From a virus (lineage: Duplodnaviria; Caudoviricetes): a DNA stretch of 64,000 nucleotides. The position numbers and the translations under genes are program-made. Below the pieces are notes generated by a model. That model saw only the letters and a list, made by a program, of their open reading frames with translations, ran no database searches and was not told where the DNA came from. The stretch is taken from IMG/VR virus record IMGVR_UViG_3300037507_003370, positions 128,001-192,000 of that record. The stretch is one strand, 5' to 3'. Below, piece by piece: positions 38,844 to 46,324 of the stretch (positions within the stretch are counted from its first letter, which is position 1; the number at the start of each line of letters is the position of its first letter).

Positions 38844-39754
38844 AATTTAAAATCACCAGGATTTATTATACCATATCCTTCGTATTTTTTATTATACGCA
38901 TAAACAGGATTTGATAGATGTATCGATCCTATTTTTAGTCTTTCAATATATTTATCATAATTCAAAATTATATTTCTATTTTTCATATAAGAACATAGTA
39001 AAGCAGCACATCCCGCAACAAATGGATTGCTCATACTTGTACCACTCATTGTGGCATAGCTATTATTTGGATAACAGCTGATTATATCATGTCCTGGAGC
39101 TAAAAAATCTAAAGTTTCCCCACTACATGTAAAACTTGTTCTATTCATAGTTTTATCTATAGCTCCAATACTAACTGTATTATTGTATTTTGCAGGGTAC
39201 ATTATATCAACATTTTCTCCACTATTACCAGCGGCACAAAATATTCCACAATTCTTTTTTGCTGCATAATTAATAGCATTTTCAAAAACTTTGCTATATA
39301 CAGAAGATCCTAGAGACATAGTAATAATATCAGCACCGTTATCTACTGCCCAATATATTGAATCAATAATCCATGAGTCCATTCCTGAGCCATCATCTCC
39401 AAGGCACTTTACTGGCATGATTTTAGCTTTTGGTGCAACTCCTACCATTCCTTTTCCATTATTTGACGCGGCTATTGTTCCAGCGACATGCGTTCCATGA
39501 CCACACCTATCAATTGGTGGACTATTTTTATCTACAAAATTTTTACCATCAACTAGGTTATCTTTCAAGTCTAAGTGATCTAAATCGCAGCCAGAATCTA
39601 AAACAGCAACAACCACATTTTCTCCCTGAGAATAATTCCATTGAGACACAACATTCAATACATCTAATTCCCAACCAATAAATTGAGAATCGTTTGGAGA
39701 CAATCCGTATATATGTTCTTCTGTATATGGAAGTAATTTAATTTTTTTATTCAT
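38831..39754 (-). CDS. Subtilisin-like (S8) serine protease
   Basis: VLDSG, GHGTHVAG, AAGN, SGTSMS; no obvious signal peptide or long propeptide. Confidence 0.95.
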   Translation of the reverse strand: MNKKIKLLPYTEEHIYGLSPNDSQFIGWELDVLNVVSQWNYSQGENVVVAVLDSGCDLDHLDLKDNLVDGKNFVDKNSPPIDRCGHGTHVAGTIAASNNGKGMVGVAPKAKIMPVKCLGDDGSGMDSWIIDSIYWAVDNGADIITMSLGSSVYSKVFENAINYAAKKNCGIFCAAGNSGENVDIMYPAKYNNTVSIGAIDKTMNRTSFTCSGETLDFLAPGHDIISCYPNNSYATMSGTSMSNPFVAGCAALLCSYMKNRNIILNYDKYIERLKIGSIHLSNPVYAYNKKYEGYGIINPGDFKLWIQ

Positions 39755-40538
39755 TTTCGTGTTTTTTTATTGTTTCTATTATCCATGGTTTAAAAGTTGA
39801 TATTCTAGTATGAGCACTCTCGTCTCCATAATTTGAATCTGGTTTTTTGTCTGTCGATGTTACGAACGAATTTATTCCAGCTAATTTTCCATCTATAAAT
39901 AGACCTCCTCCACTATCTCCGTGTGCTGGTAAAAATTCTAATATAGTTTGATTTTTTTTATTCTCAGTCATATCGCACATAAGCATATATTCATTTACAG
40001 ATATTATTCTATTTGTTCCAGCTCTTTTTTTTAAGTCAAAAGTTTTTGCTCCCGTTATCCCGGTGCCATACATTCCATAACCAGATATGCTGCATATCTT
40101 ATTTTCTTCTTTTTTATCTGAATATAATATTGGAAATTCATTAATTTCCTCTACTTTCGAAGATAATCTTCCTATAGCTATATCATTCATGCTCACTGGA
40201 ATATTTTCATTAAAATCTTTATGTATTATAATAAGATCCAAGTCATACCTTTTATTATCTTCTCCAATAACTATATACTGATCTTTACTACAGCTAATTA
40301 CATGAGCGGCTGTTAGTATCCATTTGGGTTTTATTAAAACGGCAGACGCTGAAATTTCAAGATTCTTTTCTTTAGGACTTTTTATGTTTCCATAGATTTT
40401 TACTATGGTTTTATATTTTGCAGCATGGTTTAAATATTTTGATTCATCTACATCATGTCTTATAGTTCCAGCACATAGAATTTTTGTGCTAATAATAACT
40501 ATTATAATCCATAGCCATTTATTTTTTGTTAGTAACAT
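39747..40538 (-). CDS. Trypsin-like (S1) serine protease with signal peptide
   Basis: Hydrophobic N-terminus then GTIRHD; WILTAAH, DIAI, GDSGGG. Confidence 0.9.
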   Translation of the reverse strand: MLLTKNKWLWIIIVIISTKILCAGTIRHDVDESKYLNHAAKYKTIVKIYGNIKSPKEKNLEISASAVLIKPKWILTAAHVISCSKDQYIVIGEDNKRYDLDLIIIHKDFNENIPVSMNDIAIGRLSSKVEEINEFPILYSDKKEENKICSISGYGMYGTGITGAKTFDLKKRAGTNRIISVNEYMLMCDMTENKKNQTILEFLPAHGDSGGGLFIDGKLAGINSFVTSTDKKPDSNYGDESAHTRISTFKPWIIETIKKHENE

Positions 40539-40560
40539 TTTATATCTCCAAGTTATTTTG

Positions 40561-40869
40561 CTATGGTCTTGTTTTTACTTTTTTAAAGTAATTTTCACAA
40601 TCTGATATTATATCTTTATTCCAGCTTTGATAATTCATTAAATGACCAAACGTAAAATGACATGGATCATCGCATAGAGTTATCAAATTTTCTAAATCTA
40701 ATTCCTTACTAGGGTCTAAATGAACTGGTACTATATGATGCACTTCTAATTTTTTATTTCTTCCACAAGCAGCGCAATTTGGATTGTTTTTTAAATGCTG
40801 TTTTCTAATTTTTGACCAATCTGGTGACCTTTCTGCAAATCTAATTTTTTTAAAAATTAATCCAAACAT
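40561..40869 (-). CDS. Small HNH endonuclease
   Basis: CAACG, EVHHIVP, NLITLC..PCH. Confidence 0.85.
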   Translation of the reverse strand: MFGLIFKKIRFAERSPDWSKIRKQHLKNNPNCAACGRNKKLEVHHIVPVHLDPSKELDLENLITLCDDPCHFTFGHLMNYQSWNKDIISDCENYFKKVKTRP

Positions 40870-41285
40870 TTTAATCTATTCTTAATTTCTGTTGTTGATA
40901 CGCCTTTAGTATAAGGTATATACACTAATACTATATTGTTTTGTTCTAACCACTGCTGAGTAAAGCTCATTTGGCCATAATAATCTTTTTTTGCCCAATC
41001 ATCTCCTATGGCTATGATACTGGGCTTAGTCTGCATTATTGCTGGCTTACTATCTTTACCTTCAATATTCGGTATTACTAGATCAACATAACAGCATAAT
41101 TCTAAACATTTTTTTCTTTCTTCATAAGACATTATTGGTTTTTGTTTTTTGTATTCGAATATAAATTCGTCTGTATTCAATGAAACAACGACTTTGTCTG
41201 ATATCATTTTGCATTGCTTTAAAAAATTCATATGCCCATAGTGAAGTAGGTCGAATGTCCCACCTGTGTATAAGATTTTATCCAT
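40857..41285 (-). CDS. Cytidylyltransferase (glycerol-3-phosphate CT-like)
   Basis: GGTFDLLHYGH, GDDW, YTKGVSTTEIK. Confidence 0.9.
   Translation of the reverse strand: MDKILYTGGTFDLLHYGHMNFLKQCKMISDKVVVSLNTDEFIFEYKKQKPIMSYEERKKCLELCCYVDLVIPNIEGKDSKPAIMQTKPSIIAIGDDWAKKDYYGQMSFTQQWLEQNNIVLVYIPYTKGVSTTEIKNRLKCLD
40919..40926 (-). promoter_or_regulatory. RGTGTAT-type motif
   Basis: AGTGTATA within the CT gene, about 50 nt upstream of ATG 40869. Confidence 0.35.
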
Positions 41286-41984
41286 TTATTGTCTTTGTCT
41301 CCATTTCTTTATATATGTATAATCAATATTTGGATCTATTTTTATTGTAAAATCTGCAATAACAAGTCCAGGCATATCCAAGTATTGTTTTGAAATTTCT
41401 AATCTATCAAATAAAATAGACCATGCACGTTCCCACGCACATGATCCATTTTTGCAATCTGCTTTTTTTATACTTTTATAAGTATCAGATTCTATAATCT
41501 TTAAGAAAGTTTCTCTTGATGTAGAGAAACAATTATAGTGTACAATATCCCACTTTTTTGACCAACTCTCAGCAATATCTATTTGTGAGTTCAGCCAATC
41601 AAAAGATGGCTGATGTTCTTGCCATCCGCTTTGTCTACCTTCGAAAATTATAGCTGTATTTGTTGGTATTTTATAAAGGATATCTATGTGTTTTTTAATT
41701 ATGAATGAATCTTGTATGAATGTAAAATATTGAAAATCATTGCTGTATTTTCTATATCCAATATCGTAAGCTCCAACCTCATAATTTACATTATTAATAT
41801 CTTCTATTATTACATTTTGATTTATTGTTTTTATTTTATCAAAATATGACTTATCTTCTGATTTATTGTCTATAACAATAGGAATGCTATCCGGATAATT
41901 CTCTGTTATTGATGTAATATTTTCGATAATATCATTGCATTTTTCAGAATATTTTGTAGCTATTATTATAGCGTGTGAGTTCAT
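41286..41984 (-). CDS. Glycosyltransferase-like hypothetical protein
   Basis: VIDNKS, NYEVGAY, FIQDS, AWERAW. Confidence 0.55.
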   Translation of the reverse strand: MNSHAIIIATKYSEKCNDIIENITSITENYPDSIPIVIDNKSEDKSYFDKIKTINQNVIIEDINNVNYEVGAYDIGYRKYSNDFQYFTFIQDSFIIKKHIDILYKIPTNTAIIFEGRQSGWQEHQPSFDWLNSQIDIAESWSKKWDIVHYNCFSTSRETFLKIIESDTYKSIKKADCKNGSCAWERAWSILFDRLEISKQYLDMPGLVIADFTIKIDPNIDYTYIKKWRQRQ

Positions 41985-41987
41985 TTG

Positions 41988-42890
41988 TTACCTCATAGGG
42001 AAATTGCCTAGCACTCTACCTTTCTGTGTACGCATTACATATCCTTTTCTTATCATATACGGCTCTATACTGTTTTCTATGGTCTCAATAGCTATTCCAC
42101 TGATAGAAGATATGCTTTTTAACCCTAGCGGTGTTCCTCTATGTTTTTGTAAAACCTCAATATATAACCTATCATAGATATCAAAACCATTACTATCTAC
42201 ACCCTGATTTAGGAATACTTTATTTATGTCCTGTTCTTTATCCTGATGATATGAGGTATAGCTTTGATACCAATTTAATCTGGCATTAAGAATTCTAGGA
42301 GTACCCTTGCTTCTTTTAGCAATTTCTAATAAGTCAGATTCATTTATCATTAGTCCGAGCTTTTTTGCGTTCGACTCCGCTAGTTTAGCTAAGTCATTAT
42401 CGCTATAAAAGATCAAATGTTCTTTAATTTGAAACCTATCATAGAATGGCTGACTTAGATTTCCTCCAGTTGTTGTTGCTCCTATTAATGTAAAAGGAGG
42501 AATATCTATTTGCTCTGGCTCCTTTTCTAAAACTAGATTTAGAACAAAATCTTCCATAACAGGATACAAGAATTCTTCTACCACTATTGGTAGTCTATGT
42601 ATTTCATCTATAAAAAGAACAGAGTTTCTCGATATATTCATTAAATACGGTAAGATATTTTTTATTGCTCTAATATTAGCCGCATTAACGACATATATGT
42701 TTGCATTTAGCTCATTCGCTATAGCACTTGCCATAGTAGTTTTACCAAGCCCAGGAGGCCCGTCTATTAAAATATGCGGCATCGCATTGCCAGACTTTAA
42801 ACACCCTGACACAATGATCCTCATTCTCTCAACAACTTCTGATTGTCCAATAATATCATCAAATTTTGATGGCCTAACTATGTTCGACAT
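41988..42890 (-). CDS. ruvB: Holliday junction branch migration helicase RuvB
   Basis: RPSKFDDIIGQ, GPPGLGKTT, FIDEIHRL, GATT, DRF, GTPR, IEPY. Start MSNIV (SD GGAGA). Confidence 0.93.
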   Translation of the reverse strand: MSNIVRPSKFDDIIGQSEVVERMRIIVSGCLKSGNAMPHILIDGPPGLGKTTMASAIANELNANIYVVNAANIRAIKNILPYLMNISRNSVLFIDEIHRLPIVVEEFLYPVMEDFVLNLVLEKEPEQIDIPPFTLIGATTTGGNLSQPFYDRFQIKEHLIFYSDNDLAKLAESNAKKLGLMINESDLLEIAKRSKGTPRILNARLNWYQSYTSYHQDKEQDINKVFLNQGVDSNGFDIYDRLYIEVLQKHRGTPLGLKSISSISGIAIETIENSIEPYMIRKGYVMRTQKGRVLGNFPMR

Positions 42891-43251
42891 TTTGTTCTCC
42901 AATTTTTTTAAGTGCAATCTTCAATATTTGTACAGGATCTGTTATGTCATTTTCTTTTATTGCTTTTTCAACAGCATATGTTGCTTCTTGTTTTGAAAAA
43001 CCATAATTAAGCAATCCAGAAATTGCTTTCTTTATATAGTCTTTTTCATTTGTAATTACTGCGTTCTTTTTTGTTTTATATTTAATCTTGAAAGAATCTA
43101 CAGTTTTAACTTTCAATATTTTTTTACAGTCACATACGATTAAGAATTTGTCTGTTTTTGCTTCATGTATGGATAACCAATGGTTATATCCACAATTCGG
43201 GCATGAATATTTTAAATGTAAATCGTATTCAGTTGGCTTTAAATTTTTCAT
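42874..43251 (-). CDS. Zn-ribbon fused to RuvA C-terminal domain III
   Basis: N-terminal CPNC...CDC; C-terminal AISGLLNYGFSKQEATYAV...ILKIALKKI. Confidence 0.7.
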   Translation of the reverse strand: MKNLKPTEYDLHLKYSCPNCGYNHWLSIHEAKTDKFLIVCDCKKILKVKTVDSFKIKYKTKKNAVITNEKDYIKKAISGLLNYGFSKQEATYAVEKAIKENDITDPVQILKIALKKIGEQNVEHS

Positions 43252-43642
43252 CTGGGTTATCTTTTATCCAAAAAATAAAATCATTCGACTCATCATCAAA
43301 ACCACTATCCAATACGCCCTTATTGACTAAATTATTTAGCATATTGCTTATCATTCTAGAATTTAGGCTATCTATAAATTTTGAAAACTGAATATCCGAT
43401 ATGATATATCTTATGTCATTTGTTTTTTTGTTTTTTTGTTGCTTGACATATTCTTTTAATAAAACTTCTGATTCTTCATAAGAAAGTATTTTGTTTAGTT
43501 CGCCTTCTTCCTCAGAAGTTATTTCATAGATAGAATCATTCTGCTTGATATCTCCAAATGTATTAAATACTAAAATTCTAGTAGAATTAATAAATTGCTC
43601 GATATCTTTAATGACATACCACCCATCATCTGTAGAACTCAT
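43229..43642 (-). CDS. Hypothetical protein (137 aa)
   Basis: Coupled ORF, SD AGGA. Confidence 0.6.
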   Translation of the reverse strand: MSSTDDGWYVIKDIEQFINSTRILVFNTFGDIKQNDSIYEITSEEEGELNKILSYEESEVLLKEYVKQQKNKKTNDIRYIISDIQFSKFIDSLNSRMISNMLNNLVNKGVLDSGFDDESNDFIFWIKDNPDEKFKAN

Positions 43643-43650
43643 GATATTTC

Positions 43651-44064
43651 CTAATTAAGTATCTCGTACAATCCCTTATAATATTTTGGCTGCTGTAAAA
43701 AATACCCAGCATGACTTTGTAGATGTTTGACATATTCACTCGCTAATTTGTTTTGAATAAAATGTTTCTTTTTCCATATTCCTTCGTTCCAATAGTTGTT
43801 CCCCAAGTACAGGGACTTTTTATCATCCGCTGTACTGGAGAACGAACTATTCACAGGTAACGCAATCGGAGAAAATCCATCTGGAAGTAAAGGAGTATTA
43901 TAGTTAGGTAGGTTCTTCAACGCATCCTCTATAACTTCCTTAGTTATCCATTTATATTCTATCTTATTGAGCAGACTATCCATATATTTCTTGATCCATT
44001 CAGTATCTATCTGAAAGTAGAATTTGTAGGGATCATTATCTTCTGGATTGTCAGGATTGTTCAT
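43651..44064 (-). CDS. Hypothetical protein (137 aa)
   Basis: Coupled ORF. Confidence 0.55.
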   Translation of the reverse strand: MNNPDNPEDNDPYKFYFQIDTEWIKKYMDSLLNKIEYKWITKEVIEDALKNLPNYNTPLLPDGFSPIALPVNSSFSSTADDKKSLYLGNNYWNEGIWKKKHFIQNKLASEYVKHLQSHAGYFLQQPKYYKGLYEILN

Positions 44065-44067
44065 AAT

Positions 44068-45246
44068 TTAACCCACACAAAACTTATCGCTAATCTGGCT
44101 TGCCAAGTCTCTGGCAGCACCAGAAAGGAATCGGTTGTTGCTGAAATACAACGCTGTGGATGCTTGGTTGAGGTACTCGACCACCGTTTTTAAAAGTTTG
44201 GCCTGCTCCCCACTCAAAACTAAACCACTGTCACCAGCATGAGAAGGCAATACTGGCGACGGATCACCATAAGCCTTTTCAAACTTGTTGTTGTAAGCCT
44301 TTGAAAGATTCTCGTTGTAACTATTTGGAGTCTCGTTATAAGACGCCCAAGCACTACTCATAGAGTTCTTTTGACCACAACAATCAGAGGTACTATTTGT
44401 ATAGACTGCCCTTTGAGTATTAAGTTCATTCAGAATTTTTGCAGCAGCATCAACCGTTACAGGAAGTCCAGTAGCATCAGACTTCTTATAGGTTTTTCTC
44501 CACTGGTCAAACCAAGCATCACTAGTAGCATTAGGAACAATAGTTACTGTTGCTGGTTGACCATTTAATGCAGAGATTAAATCTTGAACATTAACGCTCT
44601 GACCAGTTGAGCCATTTAGAATACTGGTAAAGTAAGATGCTTTCTTTTCCCAGCACTTACGCCACCAAGTATAAGGAACTCGATAAATCTGATTAATCTT
44701 GATGGCTCGTGCATCTCCACCAAAGTAATTTACCAGTTTCTTCTGAATACCATTCCATGTGGTTTGATTAACTAGAGTTCGACTTTGATCATCCATAATC
44801 CAATAAATCTGATAACCATTACGAGTATCAACTACCCAACTTGGCTTAACAGCAAAGTTATTGATCTTATCAAGAGCAGACTGCTTAAACTTCATAACCT
44901 CTTTTGAGGGCAGATAGTTTCCAGCAGCGTCTCGTCCAGCATCAATATCTACAAAACAACAAGCAATGGTATTGATAGCATACTGCTTTCGTCCACCGTT
45001 AACATAGAAGTAAGCATCAGAGTTGCTATTCTCATTAGCATTACGAACCTCAACAAGATCATTAGTATGCTTCATGCTACTAATTTTTCTGCGAGGATCT
45101 CCATTATAACAAAAAATATGACCAGCATTTAGATTAAAAGAATTTAGAAACTGCTCTTGCAGTCCATTCCACGAATTAGCATAACGCTTTTCAGCACTGC
45201 TATTAGCCTTATCATACGGATTAAAACCAAGTTCCATCTTAAACAT
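44068..45246 (-). CDS. RepB-like primase (AEP fold) with C-terminal extension
   Basis: FVDIDAG (DxD), PSWVVDTRNGYQIYW (motif II, H>Q), GGD....NQIYRVP. Confidence 0.65.
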   Translation of the reverse strand: MFKMELGFNPYDKANSSAEKRYANSWNGLQEQFLNSFNLNAGHIFCYNGDPRRKISSMKHTNDLVEVRNANENSNSDAYFYVNGGRKQYAINTIACCFVDIDAGRDAAGNYLPSKEVMKFKQSALDKINNFAVKPSWVVDTRNGYQIYWIMDDQSRTLVNQTTWNGIQKKLVNYFGGDARAIKINQIYRVPYTWWRKCWEKKASYFTSILNGSTGQSVNVQDLISALNGQPATVTIVPNATSDAWFDQWRKTYKKSDATGLPVTVDAAAKILNELNTQRAVYTNSTSDCCGQKNSMSSAWASYNETPNSYNENLSKAYNNKFEKAYGDPSPVLPSHAGDSGLVLSGEQAKLLKTVVEYLNQASTALYFSNNRFLSGAARDLASQISDKFCVG

Positions 45247-45325
45247 ATTTCACCGTTACCTGTAATTGTAAACAACCCAAACCAATATCGGGATAGCAAC
45301 CTCTACTATCATTAGCGATATAAAA

Positions 45326-45411
45326 TAGCGGGAGAGGAATTGAACCTCTCTCAAATAGCGTTTGTTGAGTTTCCCAACCAGAGGCTATTATCTTAGTCAC
45401 CAGACTCCACT
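45326..45411 (-). ncRNA. tRNA-like structured RNA (not a canonical tRNA)
   Basis: AGTGG/CCGCT closing stem, AGTC-TGGT-GACT arm, AATAGC/GCTATT arm enclosing a second hairpin, GAGAGG-TTCAATT-CCTCTC T-arm. Confidence 0.55.
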
Positions 45412-45424
45412 TTATTTTTATTAA

Positions 45425-46288
45425 TCAGTTATAATCGTCGTAATCTTCCTCATCATCTTCTTCAGCATAAGCCTCTTCGTCATCATCCTCATTCCATCCC
45501 CAATCATAGTCATTATCATAATCTTCGTCCTCGTCCTCATAATCATCCTCACTAAAGACAGATGAATAAAGAGGCTTGAGAAGTTCGCCTTGATACTCTC
45601 CGACAACTTCATATCGGCAAGTGCGAAGTTTCTCATAGTTACAATCACTAGGAACGCTCACAACATCAGCAGGATTAATCTTAACGATAACAATCTTGTC
45701 ACCGCTTTCAAGACTACCATAACCGGCTACATAATTCAATGCACCAGCATGAAGCCCATTAGAACAACCTCGACCACGATCATCATCAACCTTTGATCGA
45801 GTCATTTCACAAACATTACCAACATGATTATCAAATACTCCGCGATATTTATCCATGTAATCTGCTCTGACTGCCTTATAGGCAAGGAAATAACCATCCT
45901 CAGTAATGGGCAGATGCTCATGCTCAAGGAAATCATAGAGTTCCTTTTGACTCTGCATACTGGGATTTTCCATAAGATTATTCAGGAAATTAACAAGAGG
46001 CTGGAAAGGCAGACCCTTACTCATGAACTCCAGAATTCTCTTGCTAATAGACCCATGAACAACTTCGCCCTCATAAGTTACCTGACCATTCTTGATCTCA
46101 ACAAGACCGTCACTAAAAGTAGCAACTGCCTTCTCAATATCAATCATTTCAAGCAACTCGTCAGATGTTGCAGTAGGCAATGCCTCCAGAATCATCTTAT
46201 AGTTAAGGTGGTCAGGCAGAACTTGAAAACTCTTGTTGTTCAGCACAACCGTCAGATTACCATCAACAAACATAAACGGAACACTCAT
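45425..46288 (-). CDS. rIIB: rIIB-like protein
   Basis: LPITEDGYFLAYKAV, DDDRGRGCSNGLH, VKINPADVVSVPSD...KLRTCRYEVV; acidic tail. Confidence 0.9.
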   Translation of the reverse strand: MSVPFMFVDGNLTVVLNNKSFQVLPDHLNYKMILEALPTATSDELLEMIDIEKAVATFSDGLVEIKNGQVTYEGEVVHGSISKRILEFMSKGLPFQPLVNFLNNLMENPSMQSQKELYDFLEHEHLPITEDGYFLAYKAVRADYMDKYRGVFDNHVGNVCEMTRSKVDDDRGRGCSNGLHAGALNYVAGYGSLESGDKIVIVKINPADVVSVPSDCNYEKLRTCRYEVVGEYQGELLKPLYSSVFSEDDYEDEDEDYDNDYDWGWNEDDDEEAYAEEDDEEDYDDYN

Positions 46289-46324
46289 GATATAAACTCC
46301 TATTGTTTTTAGTTACCTTGTGAA

